Positions 1 to 12,900 of a DNA stretch of 64,000 bases are shown piece by piece. Source of the stretch: Laetmonice hystrix (taxonomy: Eukaryota). The stretch's first letter is position 1. Each line of letters starts with the position of its first letter. Both the position numbers and the translations under genes were made by a program. The notes beneath the pieces are model-generated. The model was not told the DNA's origin and did not search any database. It saw only the letters and a list, made by a program, of their open reading frames with translations. The DNA lies in contig OZ249441.1 of assembly GCA_965235115.1 (NCBI GenBank), positions 16,802,001-16,866,000 on the forward strand, given 5' to 3'.

Positions 1-2018
1 TGGAAGCCTGTATCCCCACTCGACAGGTGAGTGGCCAATCTGCCGATGTCGCCCGTTACTCAGGCCCAGTTACATTCAGTGTCGTTAACAGCTGGAAACA
101 AAATGTGCATTTGCCAACCTCATGAGGCCGTATCTGTTCCCAAAGGCCACCTTAACGATACAAGAGCACAGCCATGCATTAAAGCTAGGAAACGTAATCT
201 TGGCACATTCACTCCTTTATAAGATCGCCGCCATGAAGTAGACACTTTAAATTTCTTCTGCATGCAAGACTTCCGTGTCCGTTCGTTTGACTTCTCCGAG
301 GATGTTGAGTGGGTATCACTATATCAGTGCCACAGCTGGGGGAGATATCTAATGTATCAATGACTTCGCAATAAAGGAAAGGGGAGACACTCACATTAAA
401 TCTTGTCGTGTCTATACAGGTCTGTCTGAATGAAAGCGGTGCTTGCTACCACCCGTCAGAAGACAACCGTTAGAGAAGACAGGCCACAGTCGATCCATCA
501 GCTACAAGAAAGCCAGTTTCCTCACAGCGGCCCATGATCTTCTCAGTAACCTGTCAGACTTAGGGTCACCCAATCTATCTTAAGCGTTTATATAATAATC
601 TGATTATGGCAAAATCTGGTCGCGAGAACCTGGCATTGTTCAAAAGGATAAAAAAGAGAAACTGTAAAACCTTCTCGGCCCACGCTGTGTGGAGGAAATG
701 AGTGGGATTTAATAACGTTCGACAGTAGTAAGGGGCACTTCGCCAACACCTAACCCCATTGTGCCAACACTGGATCCCAAAATGTCAACATTACACTGGG
801 CATCAATGTGCCATCAATGGGTCTCGCCGTGCCAACCTTTGGCATCGTGTGTCAGCAGGCAGCTCCAGTGTTTCATTACTATGCCCTCATGTAAGTGCAA
901 GCAACAAATCCTGTCAAACTGGGCCTCGGTATGCCAACACTGGGTCCTACCCTTACAATACTGGGCATAATCTGTAAGCCATGGAAGTGCAACAAACTCT
1001 TTCAAGTTTCAATATTAGGCTATGGTATGCCAACACTCAGATGTGTAAATTAACAGCTGCTTTTAAAGCTCTATCTGGCTTCCGTTCAACGGAACCCGTT
1101 AATATTTCCGGACATTCGATGCAATCCAAAAAAGAACCACCCATTTGAAAATTTCCGAGTTCATTATCTCCCCCAACCATAGACTTATTCACCAAATCCG
1201 TCGACTTAAAAACCACAGACTAATATAAAGTTCACCTACTCTGATTTTGTTGGGGAAAGTCTGTTACCACTGCTTCCAACATTAAACTGCACAAACCTAT
1301 CAGGAGATGCATGTTTTGCCCTTCAGGTAAGACAACCTGGCCTACCTAATAACATGACAACCCAGTCAAGCAGCCAGAATGCCCCCGACGGCACACCGCC
1401 CGTCTACTGGACAGTGGTCAGGACTGGACCCTTTCCCGACAATACCACTCCATTAAGTGGCGGACGGCTGACGCTGACATTTACTGATCAAGGCAGGAGT
1501 CAAGGGTTAGACTGGTCGACATACATCTTAACTGACCTCTGCTACCGCACAGCCAGACTGGCAAGGCAGTGTGGTGGCATTAACACTGGCGAGAAAATAC
1601 CCAGGCTGTGGCGGAGGTTGGCAATACCGTACGAACAAATCAACAGCTGCAGCAAAGTTTTATGAAAAGTAGGAATGGTTTTGCACTAAGTGGTAGTGCC
1701 TGCGGTGTAGTATTGACAATCGAGTCTGAAAGCATGACGATTGCATATTAAATACGAGCTCTAGTCACAGAATTATGGATGGCAGTTTCTAGCTTGTTAA
1801 AGACTAAGGCAGGAGAACAGTCCGACATCAGAGTAAAATTATCCAAGGTTACTCCAGGGCCCAAGTATCCCGAAAATACTTGTGTAAAGCTTTCTTAAGT
1901 AAATGCACAGGTTTCTGATTGGCTGGGCTGGTCTAATCAGACTAGCCAATCAGAAGGCCCAGATATCCACCAATCAAATTAAAGCAGAACTATTCATACG
2001 ATCCCCCTCAAACCAGAT

Positions 2019-2152
2019 GTGAGAAGTTTTGTCAGTTATCGACTGTAAGGTCGATGGTTCTCCCAGTCCGGCTCCCTCCACAAGTAAAACTGACCGCCTA
2101 TGATATGAACCTGGCTGTTGCAAAGACGTAAACCTTCAATCCAAATCCAATC
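2019..2152 (+). mobile_element. 3' half of a tRNA-derived SINE-like repeat
   Basis: GTTTTGTCAGTT...GGTCGATGGTTCTCCC...CTCCACAAGTAAAACTGACCGCC.ATGATAT...GACGTAAAC plus a (CAATC/CAAATC) tail resembles SINE bodies common in marine invertebrates (recalled, not searched). Confidence 0.5.
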
Positions 2153-4631
2153 ATGTGACTGAGACTTGGTTTACATATATTTTGAAATTGTTTGGTGGGA
2201 ATCCAATACGAATGGTCTTCCCATTAGTTGCCGCAAAAATGCAATCCATACCCATTTCCTATGAGAGGCTATAACCTAGACAGAAAGAGCTGAAATATAC
2301 ATCATTCCGTATCTCAGCTCTGTGATCGAATAATCTTCTCAGCGATTGATACAAATGGCAGCATCAACTGGCAGCACGTCCTATTTCTTGCTATTCCTTG
2401 AAAGAGATCATCCTGCAAGGCATAGCTTGTCCGACCTTTGTGGGCATCCGACTATAAAGTGCAGCAATTTCCATGTATAACGCAGATACTGGTATCTGCT
2501 GCTCCGGCCTCCTAACAATGAGGGATAGCGAGGATAAAAAGTCAGCTTTCTGATATCAATATAGCTATATCTGCTAATACTGAAAAAAAGTCACATTACT
2601 AATTTACAAGGATATTCATTTCTGAAGCTGTTTCCACCTGGTATCTGAGAGCAATCTGCTTTCAGTGATTGCTTTTTTCAATGACTGCTGTTCTTTTTTA
2701 GGGACAGGGGTTAAAATATATTACTCCGTCCAAAATAGGCATAGGATTGCAGTTTTGTATTTCAACTGACAGCGAAGTCGATCTACTGAAAGTGACTTGT
2801 GGATAACATAAGCTTTTGCGATAGCTGCCTCTAAATTGTATACTCTGTAAGCTAAGCTGAACACAGCTTCGGGAGGATTTCACCTTACACTAGCACAGCG
2901 CAAACAGTCTCGCCATGCCAGGCACTTCTTTTAATAAACGGATCATCCATCCACTAAAAGCTCTGGTTCTCATTGCAGGATAATAATATCAAAATGTCGA
3001 CCTCAGCCTGCAGGAAGACACAACCGACTCACTGCTTAATGTGTTAGCCTGGCAGAAACAATAGAAGCCAAACATGTATAAGGAAACTCAATAAAAAAAA
3101 AAGACTGACACTATGTATGACAAAAAATCAGTTTAGATTCAGGCGACAGACCTTGACTCGTGCATCTTTAAACACTGAAACATGTCACTTGATCGAATTT
3201 TTGTTTTGAGTAATCCGAGAAAATCGATGGGTTCACAAAATCCGCCCCAGGCGCCTCAAACAATTATCTCTAACAATTGATCAGAGGTAGGTTCACACAG
3301 TGCTGCCCTCTACAACCATTTTCCTGACATCAAGGACTGACAACCAAGAAAAAGAAAGACAATGCTGTACAGCGTTATTGTTACAGCTGCTGTTGACAAA
3401 ATAATCCAGTTGTGTTCACTGACTACAATGTAGAACAAATGGCAGTCATACACCAGGAGCCTCTGAAAGAGTCTTTTCAAAATGAACAGATGGAATATAC
3501 GGAGACCAACTACCATAATGTCTGCCATTGTCACCGATAGACTTGCTGATGTTCCCAAAACGTCTGACAATAACTACTTGGTTGCTGTGTTCATGATGGT
3601 TTTACTGCTCTTCTTTGGTTCATGTACAATAACGCAAATGGTAGAGCCATTGAGATTTCAACAGACTCTCCCTTCCAGGTTGCTAGCTGGCCGACAGTGG
3701 TTGTCCAACTGATCCCTCTCCACTCAACTCTGACAGAGTCTGGAGCTAGATTATTAAAACAATACATGGCGAGACAGTCCTAACACTAAATAATACAACT
3801 GTACAGATACAGGTAAAACAGACAGCAGACTGTCACCTTAACAAGTGTCGGTGGAGAAAGAATGCTTTCACGCATAACTTCAACAAACAGAAGATAAAGG
3901 AGCATAAAATAAAAATGAAAAACATGATTTATCAGAGACATGAACATACATCCTTGTAGATACAAATATGTGTGGATCTATCCGTAACACTATCAGGTTC
4001 GAGCACGAAAATATGAGCCCTAGATCGGAGGGTGTATTTATCAGGAAATAATGTTAGAAACAAACCACACAAATCTAACGTGGCACAAACGTGCTCCAGT
4101 GACACAGTAGAGTGACCATTTAGGCTCCTTCAACAATATGCCTCAGTAGAGATAATGAGTTCACCGACCCTGAAATTTGTCTACAATACGTATCTCTGGG
4201 ATAGGAAAGCTTTTCTACAGGTCAAACTGGCGTCATGAGAGGACACGAACCTCGGTCTGCAGCCAAGCGTGAATAATATCAGGGGATAATACTCCCTCAG
4301 AATATGTGAACTTCACTGCAGGGCATACCCTCGATCTAGATATCAATCTCTATTTTAATAGATGAAATATTCTAGCAAGGTTTATGTGATATTTTTAAAA
4401 CAAAACGAGCCCGGCCAGGGACCATCTGCCATATCCCATAAAAGGATCAAGCACTGCGTGCTATCTTACGTAATCATGCATAAACCATTCCTGGAGATTA
4501 ATGAATAACGACAGTGCCGTCTGGGCATGAAATATTAAGTGTTTCAATAACACATATACACCTGAGGTAGAGGGTAGCCTTTTATAAGTTCAATACAATT
4601 TAAAATCGTATCAAGACGATCAAAGGCACAG

Positions 4632-4743
4632 TCTGTGAATGTCGATGACAGAGGCGGACAGGCTACGTCCGTGCTGGTATACGTCGATCTGTGAATGTCG
4701 ATGACAGAGGCGGACAGGCTACGTCCGTCCTGGTATACGTCGA
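4632..4743. repeat. 56-bp tandem duplication
   Basis: Two copies, one mismatch. Confidence 0.95.
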
Positions 4744-5867
4744 TTCAACCATCTTGGCGTCATAGTTCTTGACAAATTTCAAACATTCAGTACAGCTCAC
4801 TTTATCAACCTTCTGGGGAGAACTTCAAATGGATAAACTTGATTAATTGAGTGAATAAATTTCTTTAAATTATATTGCAGATTTACGATGTGAAGAGTAA
4901 ATAAAAAGATAAAATATTTACATGTTATATTTGATTGATAAACTATAACTAACCAATGAAAACAATACTGCTGGGCCAAAACGCAGATATTGTCTAGGAT
5001 AGGGTATCATGTTGACTTTTTAGTTGACTTCTACTAAATCCCCCCCCCCCCAATAAAAAAGGCGCAATTCTGCAATATTTCATGAGGCATTATTTCATAT
5101 CTATAGGTTATGAAATAATGCATTGATGCAACTCTGCAACATTTCATATGCAGCATTATTTCATAGTACCTCGGCTTCGTAGTCATACCGTCTTTGTTTT
5201 AACTGGACAAAAAGTAGAACCTGAAAATTTTGAAAACACAAGGCTAAATTCTGATTTACAAAATCAAAATGTCAGACTTGGTTCGGGGGGGGGACTAAGA
5301 AAACATCACTGAACAGACAGGAAGAAAGCCAGCTACCAGTTGTTTATTTCACGGCTGTATCACTCTGCAACCTTGACGAAGATTAATTAGTTTAACCTTC
5401 ACCTCTTCATAGCTCAATGGCTAAATACCAACCGGTGTATTTCTTCAAGGTTAGTTTTACTGAACTTTGTGCCGCTCACGTAGGTGTGTGTAGCACGGAA
5501 AGAGGGTATCTCTGTTGGGTTTGCTTGCTGCCTCCTGTTACGCTACCTAGAATCTGGGTTACGAATGAGAACACTCTAATCAACCTGGCTACTGGTGCGG
5601 TTTGTAACACACTGAATCCTTTTCCGAATGCACTTAATGAACCCCAAGTGACCGATTTGTGTATAATGGCAGTAGGTGAGTTATCCCCGGGTACTTTCAC
5701 TGCTTCACCTTCCCATCAACACCAACCTGACTAAGTGAAACTACTGAGTGTTATGGCCTTGTGGATGGGCAATAGATACCGGGGTAGGGTATAAACCCAC
5801 CAATAACTCACACTGCAAACTTGGACTATGTGTTAGCCTGAACCTTAATATGAACTGGAATTGGCAA

Positions 5868-5983
5868 CACATTGGTAACATACTATAATGTGTTTCCACA
5901 TTGGTAACATACTATAATGTGTTTCCACATTGGTAACATACTATAATGTGTTTCCACATTGGTAACATACTATAATGTGTTTC
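5868..5983. repeat. 29-bp tandem repeat x4
   Basis: CACATTGGTAACATACTATAATGTGTTTC x4. Confidence 0.97.
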
Positions 5984-6584
5984 CTCCTTATGCAAAAAGA
6001 AACCATGGCTACTTGTACAGATGCTCTTACTTTAAGCAGTTGGAAACCTCCAACAATTCTTTTCTTGCCCGAGAAGAAACGCGGCTTATTTTCATTTTCA
6101 AGGTATTTTCTGATTTTTAATCAAATTAAACTCCAGGTTTCACGGAATGCGGAAATACGGCAGACAGATCGTGACCGAGTGCCGGACGCCATGTCCGGTG
6201 TCCTCATAGATAGGTACCAACGCTGATGACCACCTTATAAACGCCACTAGAGCGCCCTCTGGGGGGAACTCGTTAACTCGTTGTCCTCATTGTTGGGATT
6301 TCCTTCAGAAACTGGGCCCAGGGGCACGACTCGGCATCACCTTCTGGTGAAGGTCACCCGTCGGTGAGACGTCTTTCTTCTGTCTTTGCTCTGATTTACG
6401 GATTTGTGGGGTCATACGGTGTCATTCCCAAATGTCCAATGAGACATCCTCAGCAAAACACATACGTTTGTACTGGCAACTCTGGAGGAAATCTTTTGTC
6501 GCACTTGACAACAACGATTTCCGGTAGTATTTAAATACCTACATGAATACATGGTCCGATGGACAAACTGGTTAATAATCATTA

Positions 6585-6795
6585 AGTGCTGAACCCACCA
6601 AGGCGATTCCCCTTGCGACGGCCATGCGATTTTTGATTTAATGGTGGAATTTCACTCTGAAATTTTTCCTGGCTGGCCTTCTCTGTTTCAGGATATGGGT
6701 TCCATCCTTTAATCTCAAAAGTACAGTAAAATAAAAGGGTGATGTCAAAATCGCATGGGCGTCGCAAGGGGAATCGCCTTGGTGGGTTCAGCACT
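6585..6795. mobile_element. MITE, PIF/Harbinger-like (TTA TSD)
   Basis: ~50-bp TIRs (AGTGCTGAACCCACCAAGGCGATTCCCCTTGCGACG.CCATGCGATTTT) with 1 mismatch; TTA at 6582-6584 and 6796-6798. Confidence 0.85.
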
Positions 6796-9518
6796 TTAGT
6801 TGGAGCCTTGGTAAACCCACGATAAACTCATTAACAACTGTTTGACTGAAATGGAGCCTTCCGGGTACATTTACTCCATCAAATTCACATATAAAAGGGC
6901 CATGCACAGCTTAGGGTTTTACTAATAGATCTTCCTTACACCCTTTAAGAATGAGGTGTCTTTCAGGGGTGAGATAGGTGCAGAAGAGACCCCTATCTCA
7001 AGCACGAACTGTCATATTTGCACTATCTTGGAGAGTTCGCGGTCACAATTCACTCTGGGATCTTATCCCCGCGAACAGAGTGTGCGGATCAGAGATCAGA
7101 GGCAGAATCAACCATCGGGGTAGCGATATAATTACTGAATTCATAGAGAGGTGAGCCGTCACGCAATTCCTGTCGTGCAATGTGGCTTCAGGGTTAATGG
7201 ACTGAAAACAATCCTGCCTTTAATATATTAGCGCATTACAGAGGAGAAGTATTGATCCTAGATCTCATCGCTCGGTTTCCCTTTTCAAGAAACTCAGAAC
7301 AATCTCCGACTGTCACCACACAAACAGAAAAGAAGGGAAAAATGAATTCCATTAGCCCTAGCAAAGATGGAGAGCTTCATACAATACTAACAGGAACGAC
7401 TGGCTTCTTCTCGGCCCCACAATATATCACAGCCAATCACGCAAAATATCAAATATCCTGGAAGTCTTAACTGATCCTCACCAGTACGTTATGCCAGTGA
7501 ATATAATCTGCAGCGTTCTCAACGTAGGCATGTTATAGAAGTAGGAGCACCTTTAACGACAGTGAAAGGATTAATGTTCTAAGTCTGCAAGAGCTGCTTT
7601 GCTTTCAGAACAAAAATGAAACAATATTATTACTTCAGTTCCATTATTTTGGACTTTTCTCCCGGTTCATTCACTGTTTGAGAGGAGCACACAAAGATAT
7701 CTAATGTCAGATTTCTGTCTGAGGGGGAAACCAGCCAAAACACTCTAGATTGCCTACGGGGATTTCCAAGCCGCTGGGATTGGGGTCAGAAAATGGGGAA
7801 TGAAGCCTCACAAGGAAACCTTGTCGTTTCGAGGAGATTTCCTGGTCCGGTGAAACGGGTGTCTCATGTATTCCTGTCATCATGTGTGAAGCTTCTCCTT
7901 CAGCTTCGCTGTGATTTTCAACCACAGCTTTCATATACAGCTGCTCTGTACCTTATGTGACCTTCACCGAGGTCATAATGAACTCGTCTCAAACTGAGGT
8001 CAAACACAGGGTGTCGCTGCCGTGCCACCTGTCAGTAACAACAGCATCATCACGCTACCCTACGCTCGCCATTTCCACTGGTACTGACACATCATATAAA
8101 AGACGGTAGCTCTGATTATGGGAGGACAGAGGAGTTCCAATGTTAGGACGGCACAGTCAGCTACCCTATGGTCGGTCTACACGAAATGCCCGCGTGTTTA
8201 TGTCACGACTTCCAGGAAAACTGCTTTAAAAATATTTGGTAAAAATCGAGCACGTTTACAGCGAGCAGGATTATTCGCTATCCAAGCAGGATGCTGAGCT
8301 CACACCAACGGAAATCTATGACACGATGTCATGATCATTTATCATTCGTCTCCCTTTTTCTCTTGGGGTAACAGTGAAACCCCCCAGATAACATATCAAT
8401 TCTTGACCTAATCATGGGATACTGGAAAACTGGGTATAACCAATAACCGATACTTCATTATGGTTGGTATAAGTAATGAACCAACTGAATGGATGAATCC
8501 AGCAGACTGCAGACAGAGAGTACAGTCATGGTTAATACGCCCACACGGAGCTCAAGATGAAGGAGACAAGTAGAGTTGTGGATCATCAGGGGATGGAACA
8601 CGTACAACGCTTGTATGAAAAGGACATTGTGCAGGGAAGATCAGCTGAGGAGGTCGGGAATGGGAGGTATTTCTGGCTAGATTACCTCACAAATGTATTC
8701 CTTTTGTTGGTTGTTGCTGCTGTACGCCCGGTTTAATATATATTTACTGAGGGCAGTTTGGTCCTTTAAGAGATCTTTCACACTGGCCTATATGTACCCC
8801 CCTCACCACATAGAACCAGTGGAGCTCGATAATATACGAGTCGTAGAGTCCACCCTTTACTGCGTACCACTGATCGTAAATCTGCAGACTGGTAATTTCC
8901 CTGCCTCTACACTGTGTTTGGTATTCTGTATACTCTCAGCGCCCCCTGGGGATTAGGATTGACTGACCGCTCCCCTCCTTTAACCTCTGAGAGGGCAGCC
9001 CAGACCCTGCGAACCCTTGCTCAATCACCCAGCACAGTCACTTTAAACCAGCACCCCTCTGCTGGGACAAAGCTTTTGATCTGCGGCTCGTTGAGGACAG
9101 GCCGAGAGAAAGACGGGGAGCTTGATCCCGGGTCTCAGGATTGCTTCATCCAGACAGGCGTTGTTTACACATACTTGGGTAAATACAACACATACCGATA
9201 GCTCAACGTCTGCTTCCATCCCTCATTGTGTACGATACGGTCATTTAACATTTAAACCTCCTAGGCTGAAAGTGAGTTATTTTAATGAAATCCGGCTCTT
9301 TTCAACGCTACAGAATGTGCACATACAAGCTTTCTCAGGCAACTTTACACCTATCCACTCGACACCGCACAAAAATAAGCATCACGCGGACATTTCAGTA
9401 GGCAGACAACAGTCAGAAGCGCAACCACACGAACAGTCCCGGCACATCATAAACAGCTCTCAATTCAATTGAGGATCAATAAAAACTATTTTTACCTGTA
9501 CACGTAATCATGACAACT

Positions 9519-9699
9519 TAGGGGCGGATTGGGGTGGGGGGGGGGGGGGTAGCACGGATCCGTATTCTATTTTAGAATTTTATCTATCTTTTTCCAAATG
9601 TTCCCTGTTGGACCCGATTTTTACCCGTACCCCCCCCCCCCCCCCCCCACCCCTCCCCAAACCAATTCCTCGAAACCTCAAATCCGTGATCCGCCCCTG
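9519..9699. mobile_element. Poly-G/poly-C MITE (AGGGGCGGAT...ATCCGCCCCT family)
   Basis: Short TIR with internal G and C runs; no clear TSD; a related right end CCTGGATCCGCCCATG at ~60835-60850. Confidence 0.6.
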
Positions 9700-9735
9700 C
9701 TATGTATGTGGAAGACGGGTAGCAATACTACTTAC

Positions 9736-9921
9736 CCCTTTGAGGAGGCAGATGTTTTCTCGGAGCGAGCCAATGCAGCCGAATATACTGATGAGGAACA
9801 TGATGCAGCCCACTGCCAGCAAGAAAAATGCTGGGTCTGTTGCCAAGTTGTCGAACGAACCCAGCTTTGCTTTCTCGATTCGTGCCCATATTCCTATAGC
9901 AATCAAGCATACTCCTCCCAC
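9736..9921 (-). CDS. TSPAN33: Tetraspanin coding exon 2 (end of TM1, small loop, TM2)
   Basis: 186 nt, AG/GT bounded, FGCIGSLRENICLLK tetraspanin signature. Confidence 0.93.
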
Positions 9922-12900
9922 CTGGAAGCAATCAACATTTCCGAGTCAGACCTCATGTACAGAAGCCACCTGTGACTTGGCATAAACACTGATGTTGTAT
10001 CCTGTTGAAAAGCACGGAGGAACATATGAACCGTATTGTCCTTCTGAAAGGAATTCAACAAAATGAAGGAAAAAAAACAAGGCAGAATAAAACGTAGATG
10101 TAGAATCGTTGAGGCTGCTCTATCTACGTGTAGATTAAATTTGACTTCGGTAATATGCAATTTGACAAAGTTCATTATAAATGCAAAGAGGACCGCTGCA
10201 TGTCTGTCAGTACCTATTTCTATACATGTAATGCATAGGCCAAATTTAAGATAGAACTAAGTTGATCACTTCATAATGCAACTGCACTGATTGTTCATTT
10301 TGTTTGAAAACTTTCTGTAGAAGTAACAACATTTTCGATATCTTCTGATTCCATGCCGTGGTGTTCTAATCTTGTAAAGACAGCACCTTCTTTTTAAAGT
10401 CCTCCATATGAAACAACGCAGAGCTGACTGCAACAGTAAACCGTACGTACTTTCTAATCAACCAGAGAATGTCGCATGAATCGTAATTCTTTCACAATCC
10501 CAGTGCGAGAACAACAGAAGGAGCTAGCTTATAAGTAAGATACGAAAAGAGCAAAGAATATAAGTTTGTTAGTAGTCCCGGTTCCTATGGGGACAATTCA
10601 GAAAAAAAACAGTGCTAGGAAAGTTTGAAATATTGACGCCATTATGTCATACTGAGACATGACATTATTACTCTGATTTATGTACTATGTATTGATTTAC
10701 CATTTAACATATATTTTCACCAGTATCAAGGGCCTATTTCCAATATGATAATAATAACGTTCTTAGAAAACGTGATCTCTGAACCAACACGGAGATTGCG
10801 ATGTTTCTATAGGGAATTGAAAATAACTAAACGCCCGAAAAAGAGTGACCGTTCGTTTCCTTTCTACCATCGATCTGTGCGCCCCTTGACAACGATTCAA
10901 TGGAGGACAACCCCGGTAATGTTATGAGGAAGGATTTTGTCAATGTCAGCGTTTTATACCATTGACAGACCTGCAAAGCCAAACTCACATGACACCCCCT
11001 CCCCTCCTCCTGGGTTAGAAGCACCTGGTACAGCCACACATTTCATTTGACACGGGAAACACCATGTCGGATACATGTGTCAGTGTTCTCGGTGAAGAAG
11101 CACGCCACAGCCGAGGTGTTATCAGTTAACGGTTGAGTACCCTCAACTGGAGCAGCGGGGCAGACCCAGCCAGGGTATAAATGTTGTGTGTGTACTTCAC
11201 ACAGTGTACAGACGGGTCTCCTGTTTCACTACCTTGTCCACATCTGGTCCATATAGCACGATCACCTCAAACATCAACAGTAATCAGCCAACAATGATGG
11301 CTTTACAATCACACTAAAACCACCTTCCGAGCTCGCTGGCTCAACTCGGCCAATATCGGCTCGGCGGCAGAACCTGGGGATGCTCAAATACATCTCGCCA
11401 GCTAAAAAACATAAAAAAATATATAACGTCAATACTTAAGTAAATACTGACTCTATCCATTCCTTGACAGTTGAGAGATTAAACAATTCATAAAAGTTCC
11501 CGTAATAACTGATTTTGGTAGGATATCCTTGAAGACACGCCCATCTCCCTGGGCAAGCCTGGTATCCGATTCAAACCCTGCTGGACATGATTTACTGGAC
11601 CAGTTTACCGCGACACAGTATTAAAACCATCCCTGATGTGCAGGTCAGAGCGGTGTCTCCTGAGACTCTACAGCTGGCTGCTATAACCCTTGATCATCAT
11701 GATGAAGTATTCCCCAGACCAACGGGTCATACCAATACCTTACTATAGTGTTGGGCTTACACACAGGAACAACTGGCGTAGTGAACATAGAAAGTCGGAT
11801 GACCAGTGTGATATGGTTTATCTCTTCATGTTCGAGAATACTTTACTAATTTCTTTCTTCTAAATTGTTCTATCTTAGCGTGTACAGCGATGTGAAATGT
11901 TCACTTGGAGCAATAATGTATATGTATGGACTGATCTTCAATATTGGGATGCCGATTAAGGGTGTCGATGAAAACCAGCCACCAAATCCTTTGGCTGAGA
12001 GACACTCCTTATTTCTTCTAAACTTTATATATGTTATTATAAATGATAAATTGCAGAACATCATGGGCTTGTAATTTAAAGTGATGTACTGTTTAAGAGA
12101 AATAAAACCCCTTAGAGAAAAAAAAATGTTGGTCATGAGGAAGGAGATGGAGGAGATTGAGGACGAGTCGAAGAAGGATTTGGAGGAGAAGGAGAAGAAG
12201 AAATCTTTAACTTGATCTCTTCTTTTTTTATTAAAATTTGACTTAATTCACTCTTTTACTTACCATAGGTCCTGCACAACCAGCAACCCGAGCACCAAAC
12301 CAGACACAAGTAGACTGCTAACACGACCTAAAGCTAGATTACCACCTTAAAACGGAAACCGATGTCGCGAACCTAAATTATCGTACCACTGCTACAGTAA
12401 CCTAGCCACAGCACTCAGCCTACGCGTCTTTTTTTGTCTGGTGGAAACCAGTCTGATGGAAGGATCAACCTTCTATCTTTCCCCTAACTCTCTGAACGTG
12501 AATGCCGGTAAATATCAAACGTGACTCGGCCTTTGTTTCCCCACTTTCTATACACGCCATACGTGGGTTCTCATACGTACACTCACTATCTGAGCCTAGC
12601 TTTGACAGAATTCTTCGATTCACCACCTTTCACAAACCACCTACGAAACTTAAGTATCATTCTACAGCTAGTCTAATTTTGAGCCATATTCTGGCCTCTT
12701 CTTTAGTCACAATATCTTAAAATACCGAGAAAGTTGTGAAGTGCTACTGATGAAGTTTGAATCTCGCTTTTACAGACCGTGCACATTTGAAATGTTCTTA
12801 CAAGCAGACTTCATCCACGCACGTAAACATCCTTTTTTATTTTACCGAAATCAAGGCGATTGTTCGGATTCTCTGATTATTTCAGATCGATTACTATCCC

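Noticed and set aside
395-425. Minus-strand mini exon with gtgagt donor as tetraspanin exon 3
   Set aside because: The phase-0 reading hits a stop and no frame gives a transmembrane segment.
1354-1665. ORF with a Death-domain-like segment (GEKIPRLWRRLAIPYEQI)
   Set aside because: Similarity is limited to a few residues, with no supporting exons or domain length.
2698-2883. IYFNPC as the tetraspanin large-loop exon (cf. NIYFNC)
   Set aside because: No CCG motif, no usable splice sites, and a stop immediately after.
9598-9985. Plus-strand poly-proline ORFs
   Set aside because: They are produced by the poly-C run of a MITE and by antisense overlap with tetraspanin exon 2.
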